A DNA stretch of 64,000 nucleotides from Eledone cirrhosa (GCA_964016885.1 OZ024761.1:12710001-12774000), one strand, 5' to 3'. Positions 38,734 to 53,640 are shown, counted from the stretch's first letter. Numbers and translations are program-made. The notes: generated by a model from the letters alone, not told the origin.

Positions 38734-39159
38734 TGTTGATTATGAGTTTAGAGAAAGTGTGAGTAACAAATGACTACTATTACCACCAATACTACTACTA
38801 CCACCAGTACTACTACTACCACCAGTACTACTACTACCACCAGTACTACTACCACCACCAGTACTACTACCACCACCAGTACTACTACCACCACCAGTAC
38901 TATGTATTCTACAATTTGAAAGAAAACCTGTTTTTATTTAACCAAGTGGATTTAGAATGAACACTGGTATTATGGAGGGGGAGAAAAAAAGTACTAACCA
39001 CAACCACGACGACCACCACCACTACTAGTACCACCACCACTACTAGTACCACCACAACAACAATTTCAGGGTCTCAAATCCAAAAGACAGTGATTTGACT
39101 AAAGGTAAGTAAAAGATGTACTCTGCTGGAGTAATATATATATAAACGAGGACTTAACT

Positions 39160-39834
39160 AATTCTCACCTCTTTCTATTAAAACCGGTCGTAACCGGCTG
39201 CTTATACTTATGTTAAGGTATTCTTCTCAAAATCAATATCAAAATCTCATAGATTCGGTATTATGTGAGATAAAGCCTTTACTTTGAAAATACAATAGTA
39301 TATATAGAGTAATGTAAATGTTGTGAGATATTATGTGAGGTAAAGCCTTTACTGTGACAATACAATAGTATATATAGAGTAATGTAAATGTTATGTGAGA
39401 TATTATGTGAGGTAAAGCCTTTACTGTGAAAATACAATAGTATATATAGAGTAATGTAAATGTTATGTGAGATATTATGTGAGGTAAAGCCTTTACTGTG
39501 ACAATACAATAGTATATATAGAGTAATGTAAATGTTATGTGAGATATTATGTGAGGTAAAGCCTTTACTGTGAAAATACAATAGTATATATAGAGTAATG
39601 TAAATGTTATGTGAGATATTATGTGAGGTAAAGCCTTTACTGTGACAATACAATAGTATATATAGAGTAATGTAAATGTTATGTGAGATATTATGTGAGA
39701 TAAAGCCTTTACTTTGAAAATACAATAGTATATATAGAGTAATGTAAATGTTATGTGAGATATTATGTGAGGTAAAGCCTTTACTGTGACAATACAATAG
39801 TATATATAGAGTAATGTAAATGCTAAAGGGTTAA
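39160..39834 (+). repeat. TTAA-MITE with ~8 tandem 72-bp units
   Basis: 24-aa periodic pseudo-ORF; ends taaatgctaaagggttaa. Confidence 0.9.
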
Positions 39835-40571
39835 GGAATTGTTCTCAAAATAAATATCAAAATTTCATTGATTCAATATTATGTGGGATACTTATATAAG
39901 ATAAAGCCTTTACCATGAAAATATAGTAATAAATAAAGAATAATGTAAATGCTAAAGGGTTAAACTTCCTTAAACCTTACAATTAATACATTACCCCTTG
40001 CTTCTGGGTTGATTAACAGCTGTTAGTGTCACATAGGTCATCATCATCACCGTCTTACGTCCATTCTTCCAAGTTAGCATGGGTTAGACGGGTTTTCCTG
40101 TTGTGGGCAATGCCAGGTCGGGTGACCATGACTTGCTTATACAGAGCTGATTTTGGCTGGATGCCCTTCTTAACACCAACCTCATTTACAGTGAGTACTG
40201 GGTGCTTTTTTTCCGTTGTGCCTACACAACCACTTTACAGTGTGTGCTGGGTGTCTTTTTGTCATGACACCTCCACGACCACTTTACAGTGGGAGGGGGT
40301 GCGGGAATATTATCTATATGCTTCAGCTGCGGCTTGAATACGTGGGAAGTCGATTCTTCTGTATTACTGTGTAACACCAGAGGTCACTGTCCTGTGTCAT
40401 CACCCTTGAGGGGTGCAATTGGGTAAGGTCGGCTTTTAGCTAATTGTGATATTTGTTTTGGCTCTCTGAATTCTGAGTCCAAATCCCACTGAGGCCTGAT
40501 ATACTGTTAACCCTTTTGGTGGCCAACAAAGAAAGAACCATTTCCATCTTAGTGCTGATGCAGTCCTTTCT

Positions 40572-41261
40572 CTGGCCAGAATTCTCTCATCTCTTTCTGT
40601 TCAAACTGGCTGTAACCAGCCACTCATACTGACGGTAAGGTTTTGTTCTCAAAATAAATAATATTAAAATTTCATAGATTCGATATTATGTGAGGTAAAG
40701 CCTTTACTGTGAAAATACAATAGTAAATATAGAGTAATGTAAATGTTATGTGAGATATTATGTGAGGTAAAGCCTTTACTGTGAAAATACAATAGTAAAT
40801 ATAGAGTAATGTAAATGTTATGTGAGATATTATGTGAGGTAAAGCCTTTACTGTGAAAATACAATAGTAAATATAGAGTAATGTAAATGTTATGTGAGAT
40901 ATTATGTGAGGTAAAGCCTTTACTGTGAAAATACAATAGTAAATATAGAGTAATGTAAATGTTATATGAGATATTATGTGAGGTAAAGCCTTTACTGTGA
41001 AAATACAATAGTATATATAGAGTAATGTAAATGTTATGTGAGATATTATGTAAGGTAAAGCCTTTACTGTGAAAATACAATAGTATATATAGAGTAATAT
41101 AAATGTTATGTGAGATATTATGTGAGGTAAAGCCTTTTCTGTGAAAATACAATAGTAAATATAGAGTAATGTAAATGTTATGTGAGGTATTATGTGAGGT
41201 AAAGCCTTTACTGTGAAAATACAATAGTATATATAGAGTAATGTAAATATGAAAGAGTTAA
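40572..41261 (+). repeat. TTAA-MITE with ~8 tandem 72-bp units
   Basis: gtaaagcc recurs at 40695, 40767, 40839 and onward. Confidence 0.9.
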
Positions 41262-41757
41262 TGAAGAATTTTGAAGGATTTTCTAAAATTAATTATTTCA
41301 TTACTAAGATAGTAATTTAATGTAAGGTTATTATAAAAAAATGTCTTGGAAGATTTTAATTTAAATTGAAAACCTTTAAAACGGGTGGTTTTATTTCATA
41401 GAACCAGAGCCGATTTTGGCCGGTTTAGTAACTAAAGGGTTAATAGAAGTATTGTACATACTAAGTCATATTCTATTGTGAGTAACAGGTAAAGTACTCT
41501 TTAACGAACCCAACAACTGGGACAGTGGAGCCTACACAGTCCCCACAGATATTAAATATTAAAATAACTCAAGTCTAATATGAAATGTTGAAACTTTAGT
41601 CTTGGGATTCTCTCCAGTGATGGTCATCACTGGAGAGGGAATACAAATAGGGGTCATTTCACCTCTGGCTTTACTTTTGATACCTTGGTCACTTAGATAG
41701 CTCTATGCTTATGATTAGTTGACCAATCGAAACACCCTTTCCTAGTTATTGTAGTTT

Positions 41758-42945
41758 GTAGTCACTTGGTACACAGCCATTAGTCATAGTATATTATAGT
41801 CACTTGGTACACAGCCATTAGTCATAGTACATTATAGTCACTTGGTATATAGCCATTAGTGTCACCTGGTACACAGCCATTAGTCATAGTATATTATAGT
41901 CACTTGGTATATAGCCATTAGTGTCACCTGGTACACAGCCATTAGTGTCACCTGGTACACAGCCATTAGTCATAGTATATTATAGTCACTTGGTACACAG
42001 CCATTAGTCATAGTACATTATAGTCACTTGGTATATAGCCATTAGTGTCACCTGGTACACAGCCATTAGTCATAGTATATTATAGTCACTTGGTACACAG
42101 CCATTAGTCATAGTACATTATAGTCACTTGGTATATAGCCATTAGTGTCACCTTGTACACAGCCATTAGTCATAGTATATTATAGTCAGTTGGTATATAG
42201 CCATTAGTGTCACCTTGTACACAGCCATTAGTCATAGTATATTATAGTCAGTTGGTATATAGCCATTAGTGTCACCTTGTACACAGCCATTAGTCATAGT
42301 ATATTATAGTCAGTTGGTATATAGCCATTAGTGTCACCTTGTACACAGCCATTAGTCATAGTATATTATAGTCAGTTGGTATATAGCCATTAGTGTCACC
42401 TTGTACACAGCCATTAGTCATAGTATATTATAGTCAGTTGGTACACAGCCATTAGTCATAGTATATTATAGTCAGTTAGTACACAACTATTAGTCATAGT
42501 ATATTATAGTCAGTTGGTACATAGCCGTTTGTTATAGTAGATTGTAATTCAGTTGGTACATTTTAGTCAGCTGGTATATAGCCCTTGGTCATAGTAGATT
42601 GTAGTCAGCTGGTTCACAGCCCTTAGACAATATATTGTAGTCAGTTGGTACACAGCTGTTAGTCTTAGTACCTTGTAGTCAGTTTGGTACATTGTAGTCA
42701 GCTGGTTCACAGCCGTTAGTCATAGTACATTGTAGTCAGCTGGTTCACAGCCGTTAGTCATAGTACATTACAGTCAGCTGGTACACAGCCGTTAGTCATA
42801 GTACATTGTAGTCAGCTGGTTCACAGCCGTTAGTCATAGTACATTACAGTCAGCTGGTACACAGCCGTTAGTCTTAGTACATTGTAGTCAGCTGGTACAC
42901 AGCCGTTAGTCATAGTACATTGTAGTCAGCTGGTACACAGCTCTT
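41758..42945. repeat. ~38/23-bp minisatellite (gtcacttggtacacagccattagtcatagtatattata) with positional variants
   Basis: Direct reading. Confidence 0.93.
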
Positions 42946-43492
42946 AGCTAGAAAGACCTTGGTGTAGTTTTTAGATAATGTTATTGGTTGGTATCATCTT
43001 CCTAGTATACTCCCCTCTAACAGTGTTCCCTGCCAGCTGCATGATACCATTTGAATATGTAGGTGATGGGTTGTGGTAGGTTGTCATTACCTTCAGCATT
43101 TGAGGGATTTGAAATTATAACTTAAAGATCTGGAACCTACCATAAAGCAGCATGTCCCTCTCTCTAACAATTTTGCCAATCCACTGCCCCTGGATTGCCA
43201 TATTATTTATTGGTCCCCAAACAATGAAGGCACATGGCTTAGTGGTTAGAGCATTGGGCTTGCAATCGAAAGGTTGTGAGTTCAATTCTCAGACCGGGTG
43301 ATGTGTTGTGTCCTTGAGCAAGACACTTTATTTCACGTTGTTCCAGTTTACTCAGCTGTAGAAATGAGATGATAGAGACTGGGGTCCATATTAAATTACC
43401 CCAAGACACCTCCAATGAGATATACCTTGGAGGAGGCCAGCTAAACCTGCATAGGTGTGAGCTGTCACACACACACACATAGGTGTCAGCTG

Positions 43493-43532
<40 letters not shown>

Positions 43533-44558
43533 GTGTGAGCTGTCACACACACACAATGAAAACAAAACTGCCCGTAGCTGGGTTTGAAATGAGAATGCAG
43601 AGAACCAAAACAAACACAGTAGAACATTTAAGCTGAAGTTGTAAACCTCCACCAATCCCACATCTGTCAGGAAGGATATAAAGTTTCTACTTTAGGCACA
43701 AGGCCAGCAATTTGAAGGGGAGGAGTGGGTCAGTCGATTAAATCGACCCCATTGTATTACTGGCACTTTATTTTATCAACCGTGTAAGGATGGCAGGATT
43801 TGAACTCAGACCGTAAAGGGCCGTAACTCTATGCTGCAAAGCATGTTGCCCAGTCAGAACCTCTGTAGGAAAAACGGGGGGTAAAGAAGGAACTGAGGAT
43901 GAGGTGGGGTTTACTTGTTCTCAGTTTGATTTTTAATTTAGGCACAAAGCCAGCAAACTTGGGTGGAGGTTGTGTGATCTGCATGGCTGATTAACCCTTT
44001 AGCATTTAAACCGGCCATGTCCAGCCAGAATTCTCTCACCTCTTTCTTTTCAAACCAGTCGTAACTGGCCGCTGATACTGACATTAAGGTATTGTTCTCA
44101 AAATAAATCATATCAAAATCTCATAGATTTGATATGTGAGATAAAACCTTTACTGTGAAAATATAATAGTAAATATAGTGTAATGTGATTAGTAAAGGAT
44201 TAAAACAAACAGTTTTGAAGGGTGTATAGAGGGTGGTTTGGTATTACTGTAGGGTAGATAGAGGGGTTGTTTGGTACTACCATAGTGTAGGGTAGAAGGG
44301 TGGTTTGGTATTTATTACTATCACCTGGCCAGTGGAATTTAAAGCTAAAAGCTCATTGCTATTGTATCTTAAAACTCATTAATTTTCATTAATTAATTCT
44401 CCAAATTATACCTAGAAAGCTATCTTGTACCTAAACAGCTATTTGTGAAATTATGGTTCCGTATTCCAACACAACAGATTCTGAAATTTTCTATATTCTC
44501 TTACAAAATAGCTATAAATGTATAAATTATTTGTATGTAGTCAACAAAACTTCTAGAT

Positions 44559-45068
44559 TTAACCCTTTAGCATTTAAACCAGCCATATCCCGCCAGCATT
44601 CTTTCACCCCTTTCTGTTCAAACCTGTTGTAACTGGTCACTAATACTGACGTTTAAATATTGTTCTCAAAATAAATATCAAAATGCGTGGATTCGATATT
44701 ATGTGAGATAATTATGTGAGATAAAGTCTTTACCATGACAATACAATAGTAAATATAGAGTATTGTAAATGTTATGTGAGATATTATGTGAGATAAAGCC
44801 TTTACTGTGAAAATACAATAGTAAATATAGAGTATTGTAAATGTTATGTGAGATATTATGTGAGATAAAGCCTTTACTGTGAAAATACAATAGTAAATAT
44901 AGAGTATTGTAAATGTTATGTGAGATATTATGTGAGATAAAGCCTTTACTGTGAAAATACAATAGTAAATATAGAGTATTGTAAATGTTATGCGAGATAA
45001 AGCCTTTACTGTGAAAATACAATAGTAAATATAGAGTATTGTAAATGTTATGTGAGTTAAAGCCTTTT
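44559..45068 (+). repeat. TTAA-MITE with 72/60-bp tandem units
   Basis: Left TIR at 44559 followed by ~5 units. Confidence 0.88.
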
Positions 45069-45646
45069 AGTCGTGACATCTACACGACCACTTAAACTGT
45101 GGATTGGGTGCTTTTTTCTTGTGACACCTACATGACCACTTTACCGTAGGAGGGTGGTGTGCGCATACTGTCTACATGCTTCAGCTTCGGCTTGTACCCG
45201 TAGGAAGTCGGGTCTTCTGTATTACTGTGTAATGACATACAATACAATACAAAACATGAAACAACCAGACATGTATGTAAACCCCCACCAGTTGTATGGC
45301 CCTGTTGCCCCTTAAAAGCCAGGAAAAGAGAAAGACGGCCATGCAGCCCCCTCTCCATCAAGTGCGGGACCTCAGATTTGCCACATTTGAACAATGAGAG
45401 GTAAGTGCAGTGAGATTGTGGAGATGTTAGGGAGGAAGGAGTAGATGTGTGGTGGAGGGAGGGAGGAGTAGATGTGTGGTGGAGGGAGGGAGGAGTAGAT
45501 GTGTGGTGGAGGGAGGTAGGAGTAGATGTGTGCTGTGTGCAAGGAGTACAGTGGAGGGGTGCTTCAGCCAGGCAAAGAACAACAGTACAAATTCTTCTGG
45601 GAGGGTAGCAAAGTTGGGGTTGGTGGATGGAGTAGGGATGGTCCTC

Positions 45647-48600
45647 ACTGAGAGATGGGTAGACCAGGTAACTGAGATAGTGGGTGGTAGACCAGGTAAC
45701 TGAGATAGTGGGTGGTAGACCAGGTAACTGAGATAGTGGGTGGTAGACCAGGTAACTGAGATACAGTGGGTGGTAGACCAGGTAACAGAGTGGGTGGTCG
45801 ACCAGGTAACTGAGATAGTGGGTGGTAGACCAGGTAACTGAGATACAGTGGGTGGTAGACCAGGTAACTGAGATACAGTGGGTGGTAGACCAGGTAACTG
45901 AGATACAGTGGGTGGTAGACCAGGTAACTGAGATACAGTGGGTGGTAGACCAGGTAACTGAGATACAGTGGGTGGTAGACCAGGTAACTGAGATACAGTG
46001 GGTGGTAGACCAGGTAACTGAGATACAGTGGGTGGTAGACCAGGTAACTGAGATACAGTGGGTGGTAGACCAGGTAACTGAGATACAGTGGGTGGTAGAC
46101 CAGGTAACTGAGATACAGTGGGTGGTAGACCAGGTAACTGAGATACAGTGGGTGGTAGACCAGGTAACTGAGATACAGTGGGTGGTAGACCAGGTAACTG
46201 AGATACAGTGGGTGGTAGACCAGGTAACTGAGATACAGTGGGTGGTAGACCAGGTAACTGAGATACAGTGGGTGGTAGACCAGGTAACTGAGATACAGTG
46301 GGTGGTAGACCAGGTAACTGAGATACAGTGGGTGGTAGACCAGGTAACTGAGATACAGTGGGTGGTAGACCAGGTAACTGAGATACAGTGGGTGGTAGAC
46401 CAGGTAACATAGTGGGTGGTAGACCAGGTAACATAGTGGGTGGTAGACCAGGTAACATAGTGGGTGGTAGACCAGGTAACTGAGATAGTGGGTGGTAGAC
46501 CAGGTAACTGAGATACAGTGGGTGGTAGACCAGGTAACATAGTGGGTGGTAGACCAGGTAACATAGTGGGTGGTAGACCAGGTTACAGATACAGTGGGGG
46601 GGGGGGTAGACCAGGTAACATAGAGTGGGTGGTAGACCAGGTAACATAGAGTGGGTGGTAGACCAGGTTACAGATACAGTGGGGGGGGGGGGGGTAGACC
46701 AGGTAACTGAGATAGAGTGGGTGGTAGACCAGGTAACAGAGATAGAGTGGGTGGTAGACCAGGTAACTGAGATAGTGGGTGGTAGACCAGGTAACTGAGA
46801 TACAGTGGGAGGGTAGACCAGGTAACATAGAGTGGTTGGTAGACCAGGTAACTGAGATAGAGTGGGTGGTAGACCAGGTAACTGTGATACAGTGGGGGGG
46901 GGGTAGACCAGGTAACATAGAGTGGGTGGTAGACCAGGTAACTGAGATAGAGTGGGTGGTAGACCAGGTAACATAGAGTGGGTGGTAGACCAGGTAACAT
47001 AGAGTGGGTGGTAGACCAGGTAACAGATAGTGGGGGGTAGACCAGGTGACTGAGATAGTGTGGGTGGTAGACCAGGTAACTGAGATTGTGTGGGTGGTAG
47101 ACTAGGTAACTGAGATAGTGGGTGGTAGACCAGGTAACATAGAGTGGGTGGTAGACCAGGTAACTGTGATAGTGCGTGGTAGACCAGGTAACTGAGATAG
47201 TGGGTGGTAGACCAGGTAACTGAGATAGAGTGGGTGGTAGACCAGGTAACTGTGATAGTGGGTGGTAGACCAGGTAACTGAGATAGTGGGTGGTAGACCA
47301 GGTAACTGAGAAAGTGTGGGTGGTAGACCAGGTAACTGTGATAGAGTGGGTGGTAGACCAGGTAATTAAGAAAGTGTGGGTGATAGACCAGGTAACTGAG
47401 ATAGTGGGTGGTAGACCAGGTAACTGAGATAGTGGGTGGTAGACCAGGTAACTGAGATAGTGTGGGTGGTAGACCAGGTAACTGAGATAGTGTGGGTGGT
47501 AGACCAGGTAACTGAGATAGTGTGGGTGGTAGACCAGGTAACTGAGATAGTGTGGGTGGTAGACCAGGTAACTGAGATAGTGTGGGTGGTAGACCAGGTA
47601 ACTGAGATAGTGTGGGTGGTAGACCAGGTAACTGAGATAGTGTGGGTGGTAGACCAGGTAACTGAGATAGTGGGTGGTAGACCAGGTAACTGAGATAGTG
47701 GGTGGTAGACCAGGTAACTGAGATAGTGTGGGTGGTAGACCAGGTAACTGAGATAGTGTGGGTGGTAGACCAGGTAACTGAGATAGTGGGTGGTAGACCA
47801 GGTAACTGAGATAGTGGGTGGTAGACCAGGTAACTGAGATAGAGTGGGTGGTAGACCAGGTAACTGAGATAGAGTGGGTGGTAGACCAGGTAACTGAGAT
47901 AGAGTGGGTGGTAGACCAGGTAACTGAGATAGAGTGGGTGGTAAACCAGGTAACTGAGATAGAGTGGGTGGTAAACCAGGTAACTGAGATAGAGTGGGTG
48001 GTAGACCAGGTAAGTGAGATAGTGTGGGTGATAGACCAGGTAACTGAGATAGTGGGTGGTAGACCAGGTAACATAGAGTGGGTGATAGACCAGGTAACTG
48101 AGATAGTGGGTGGTAGACCAGGTAACTGAGATAGTGGGTGGTAGACCAGGTAACTGTGATAGTGTGGGTGGTAGACCAGGTAACTGTGATAGAGTGGGTG
48201 GTAGACCAGGTAACATAGAGTGGGTGGTAGACCAGGTAACTGAGATAGTGGGTGGTAGACCAGGTAACTGAGATAGTGGGTGGTAGACCAGGTAACTGTG
48301 ATAGTGTGGGTGGTAGACCAGGTAACTGTGATAGTGTGGGTGGTAGACCAGGTAACATAGAGTGGGTGGTAGACCAGGTAACTGAGATAGTGGGTGGTAG
48401 ACCAGGTAACTGAGATAGTGGGTGGTAGACCAGGTAACTGAGATAGAGTGGGTGGTAGACCAGGTAACTGAGATAGTGGGTGGTAGACCAGGTAACTGAG
48501 ATAGAGTGGGTGGTAGACCAGGTAACTGAGATAGTGGGTGGTAGACCAGGTAACTGAGATAGTGGGTGGTAGACCAGGTAACTGAGATACAGTGGGTGGT

Positions 48601-51600
48601 AGACCAGGTAACTGAGATAGTGTGGGTGGTAGACCAGGTAACTGAGATAGTGGGTGGTAGATCAGGTAACTGAGATAGAGTGGGTGGTAGATCAGGTAAC
48701 TGAGATAGAGTGGGTGGTAGATCAGGTAACTGAGATAGAGTGGGTGGTAGATCAGGTAACTGAGATAGAGTGGGTGGTAGATCAGGTAACTGAGATAGAG
48801 TGGGTGGTAGATCAGGTAACTGAGATAGAGTGGGTGGTAGATCAGGTAACTGAGATAGAGTGGGTGGTAGATCAGGTAACTGAGATAGAGTGGGTGGTAG
48901 ATCAGGTAACTGAGATAGAGTGGGTGGTAGATCAGGTAACTGAGATAGAGTGGGTGGTAGATCAGGTAACTGAGATAGAGTGGGTGGTAGATCAGGTAAC
49001 TGAGATAGAGTGGGTGGTAGATCAGGTAACTGAGATAGAGTGGGTGGTAGATCAGGTAACTGAGATAGTGGGTGGTAGACCAGGTAACTGAGATAGTGTG
49101 GGTGGTAGACCAGGTAACTGAGATAGTGTGGGTGATAGACCAGGTAACTGAGATAGTGTGGGTGATAGACCAGGTAATTGAGATAGTGTGGGTGATAGAC
49201 CAGGTAATTGAGATAGTGTGGGTGATAGACCAGGTAATTGAGATAGTGTGGGTGATAGACCAGGTAATTGAGAAAGTGTGGGTGATAGACCAGGTAACTG
49301 AGATAGTGTGGGTGGTAGACCAGGTAATTAAGAAAGTGTGGGTGGTAGACCAGGTAACTGAGATAGAGTGGGTGATAGACCAGGTAACTGAGATAGAGTG
49401 GGTGATAGACCAGGTAACTGAGATAGAGTGGGTGATAGACCAGGTAACTGAGATAGAGTGGGTGATAGACCAGGTAATTAAGAAAGTGTGGGTGATAGAC
49501 CAGGTAACTGAGATAGAGTGGGTGATAGACCAGGTAATTAAGAAAGTGTGGGTGATAGACCAGGTAACTGAGATAGAGTGGGTGATAGACCAGGTAACTG
49601 AGATAGAGTGGGTGATAGACCAGGTAACTGAGATAGAGTGGGTGATAGACCAGGTAACTGAGATAGAGTGGGTGATAGACCAGGTAATTAAGAAAGTGTG
49701 GGTGGTAGATCAGGTAACTGAGATAGAGTGGGTGATAGACCAGGTAACTGAGATAGAGTGGGTGATAGACCAGGTAACTGAGATAGAGTGGGTGATAGAC
49801 CAGGTAATTAAGAAAGTGTGGGTGGTAGATCAGGTAACTGAGATAGAGTGGGTGATAGACCAGGTAACTGAGATAGTGGGTGGTAGACCAGGTAACTGAG
49901 ATAGTGGGTGGTAGACCAGGTAACTGAGATAGTGGGTGGTAGACCAGGTAACTGAGATAGAGTGGGTGATAGACCAGGTAACTGAGATAGTGTGGGTGAT
50001 AGACCAGGTAATTAAGAAAGTGTGGGTGGTAGATCAGGTAACTGAGATAGAGTGGGTGATAGACCAGGTAACTGAGATAGTGGGTGGTAGACCAGGTAAC
50101 TGAGATAGTGGGTGGTAGACCAGGTAACTGAGATAGAGTGGGTGATAGACCAGGTAATTAAGAAAGTGTGGGTGATAGACCAGGTAACTGAGATAGTGGG
50201 TGGTAGACCAGGTAACTGAGATAGTGGGTGGTAGACCAGGTAACTGAGATAGAGTGGGTGATAGACCAGGTAACTGAGATAGTGGGTGGTAGACCAGGGA
50301 ACTGAGATAGTGGGTGGTAGACCAGGGAACTGAGATAGTGGGTGGTAGACCAGGTAACTGAGATAGAGTGGGTGATAGACCAGGTAACTGAGATAGAGTG
50401 GGTGATAGACCAGGTAACTGAGATAGTGGGTGGTAGACCAGGTAACTGAGATAGTGGGTGGTAGACCAGGTAACTGAGATAGTGGGTGGTAGACCAGGTA
50501 ACTGAGATAGTGGGTGGTAGACCAGGTAACTGAGATAGTGGGTGGTAGACCAGGTAACTGAGATAGTGGGTGGTAGACCAGGTAACTGAGATAGTGGGTG
50601 GTAGACCAGGTAACTGAGATAGAGTGGGTGGTAGACCAGGTAACTGAGATAGAGTGGGTGATAGACCAGGTAACTGAGATAGAGTGGGTGGTAGACCAGG
50701 TAACTGAGATAGTGGGTGATAGACCATGTAACTGAGATAGTGGGTGGTAGACCATGTAACTGAGATAGTGGGTGGTAGACCAGGTAACTGAGATAGTGTG
50801 GGTGGTAGACCAGGTAACTGAGATAGTGGGTGGTAGACCAGGTAACTGAGATAGAGTGGGTGATAGACCAGGTAACTGAGATAGTGGGTGGTAGACCAGG
50901 TAACTGAGATAGTGGGTGGTAGACCAGGTAACTGAGATAGTGGGTGGTAGACCAGGTAACTGAGATAGTGTGGGTGGTAGACCAGGTAACTGAGATAGTG
51001 GGTGATAGACCAGGTAACTGAGATAGAGTGGGTGGTAGACCAGGTAACTGAGATAGAGTGGGTGGTAGACCAGGTAACTGAGATAGAGTGGGTGATAGAC
51101 CAGGTAACTGAGATAGAGTGGGTGGTAGACCAGGTAACTGAGATAGTGGGTGGTAGACCAGGTAACTGAGATAGAGTGGGTGATAGACCAGGTAATTAAG
51201 AAAGTGTGGGTGGTAGACCAGGTAACTGAGATAGTGGGTGGTAGACCAGGTAACTGAGATAGAGTGGGTGATAGACCAGGTAACTGAGATAGTGGGTGAT
51301 AGACCAGGTAACTGAGATAGTGTGGGTGATAGACCAGGTAATTAAGAAAGTGTGGGTGATAGACCAGGTAACTGAGATAGTGGGTGGTAGATCAGGTAAT
51401 TAAGAAAGTGTGGGTGATAGACCAGGTAATTAAGAAAGTGTGGGTGATAGACCAGGTAACTGAGATAGAGTGGGTGATAGACCAGGTAATTAAGAAAGTG
51501 TGGGTGATAGACCAGGTAACTGAGATAGTGGGTGGTAGATCAGGTAATTAAGAAAGTGTGGGTGATAGACCAGGTAATTAAGAAAGTGTGGGTGATAGAC

Positions 51601-53218
51601 CAGGTAACTGAGATAGAGTGGGTGATAGACCAGGTAATTAAGAAAGTGTGGGTGATAGACCAGGTAACTGAGATAGTGGGTGGTAGATCAGGTAATTAAG
51701 AAAGTGTGGGTGATAGACCAGGTAACTGAGATAGTGGGTGATAGACCAGGTAACTGAGATAGTGGGTGATAGACCAGGTAATTAAGAAAGTGTGGGTGAT
51801 AGACCAGGTAACTGAGATAGAGTGGGTGATAGACCAGGTAATTAAGAAAGTGTGGGTGATAGACCAGGTAACTGAGATAGTGGGTGATAGACCAGGTAAC
51901 TGAGATAGTGGGTGGTAGATCAGGTAACTGAGATATAGTGGGTGGTAGACCAGGTAACTGAGATAGAGTGGGTGATAGACCAGGTAATTAAGAAAGTGTG
52001 GGTGATAGACCAGGTAACTGAGATAGTGGGTGGTAGATCAGGTAATTAAGAAAGTGTGGGTGATAGACCAGGTAACTGAGATAGTGGGTGGTAGATCAGG
52101 TAACTGAGATAGTGGGTGGTAGATCAGGTAACTGAGATAGTGGGTGGTAGATCAGGTAACTGAGATAGTGGGTGATAGACCAGGTAACTGAGATAGTGGG
52201 TGATAGACCAGGTAATTAAGAAAGTGTGGGTGATAGACCAGGTAACTGAGATAGTGGGTGATAGACCAGGCAACTGAGATAGAGTGGGTGATAGACCAGG
52301 TAATTAAGAAAGTGTGGGTGATAGACCAGGTAACTGAGATAGTGGGTGGTAGATCAGGTAATTAAGAAAGTGTGGGTGATAGACCAGGTAACTGAGATAG
52401 TGGGTGGTAGATCAGGTAACTGAGATAGTGGGTGGTAGATCAGGTAACTGAGATAGTGGGTGGTAGATCAGGTAACTGAGATAGTGGGTGGTAGATCAGG
52501 TAACTGAGATAGTGGGTGGTAGATCAGGTAACTGAGATAGTGGGTGGTAGATCAGGTAACTGAGATAGTGGGTGGTAGATCAGGTAACTGAGATAGTGGG
52601 TGATAGACCAGGTAACTGAGATAGTGGGTGATAGACCAGGTAATTAAGAAAGTGTGGGTGATAGACCAGGTAACTGAGATAGTGGGTGATAGACCAGGCA
52701 ACTGAGATAGAGTGGGTGATAGACCAGGTAATTAAGAAAGTGTGGGTGATAGACCAGGTAACTGAGATAGTGGGTGGTAGATCAGGTAATTAAGAAAGTG
52801 TGGGTGGTAGATCAGGTAATTAAGAAAGTGTGGGTGATAGACCAGGTAACTGAGATAGTGGGTGGTAGATCAGGTAACTGAGATAGTGGGTGGTAGATCA
52901 GGTAACTGAGATAGTGGGTGGTAGATCAGGTAACTGAGATATAGTGGGTGGTAGATCAGGTAACTGAGATATAGTGGGTGGTAGATCAGGTAACTGAGAT
53001 ATAGTGGGTGGTAGACCAGGTAACTGAGATAGAGTGGGTGATAGACCAGGTATTTAAGAAAGCGTGGGTGCTAGACCAGGTAACAGATAGTGGGTGGTGA
53101 TCAGGTAACTGAGATAGAGTGGGTGGTAGACCAGGTAATTAACAAAGTGTGGGTGATAGACCAGGTAACTGAGATAGAGTGGGTAGTAGACCAGGTAATT
53201 AAGATAGAGTAGGTGGTA
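45647..53218. repeat. ~7.5-kb G-rich minisatellite, 24-30 bp units (gggtggtagaccaggtaactgagatacagt and variants)
   Basis: Continuous array; source of the 929-aa and other periodic pseudo-ORFs. Confidence 0.98.
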
Positions 53219-53254
53219 TAATAATTAAACTTAGACTAGCCTTTGGCAATACTA

Positions 53255-53640
53255 CAGCCACTATACTATCGGCATACCGCCCACAAGCTGAGCTTGCTGA
53301 TGAACAAAACTAATTCTATGAGGCCCTTCTCCAGACTACCTCAGTGACTGAGGACAGGGATCCTATGATTATAGCCAGTTATCTCAACAGACATGTTGGG
53401 AAACATCATGACAGATTCCCTGGTGTACAGGGAGGCTACAGATGTGGTACAAGAGGAGAGGGGACAAGGCTTCTGGAGTTCTGTGATGCTCTCGACTTAA
53501 TGATCTCTAACACAAACTTGAAGAAACCAGCCAACCACCTGATTACCTACCAATAATGAGTGGGGTGGAGGGCATACAAGCCAAATAGACTTCATCCTCA
53601 TGAGGAAATGAGACAGGCAAATGGTTGTAAATACCAAGCC
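53255..53640 (+). mobile_element. Degenerate RTE LINE AP-endonuclease fragment
   Basis: AYRPQ, LNRHVG, EGTRLLEFCDALDLMISNT.LKKPANHLITY and SQIDFIL motifs. Confidence 0.8.

Noticed and set aside
45427-50755. Long ORFs (929, 478, 468, 330, 275 aa)
   Set aside because: Translations of a stop-poor minisatellite in several overlapping frames on both strands; no domain content.
45647-53218. CRISPR-like 28-30 bp repeats
   Set aside because: Units are contiguous with no unique spacers, there are no cas genes, and the context is eukaryotic.
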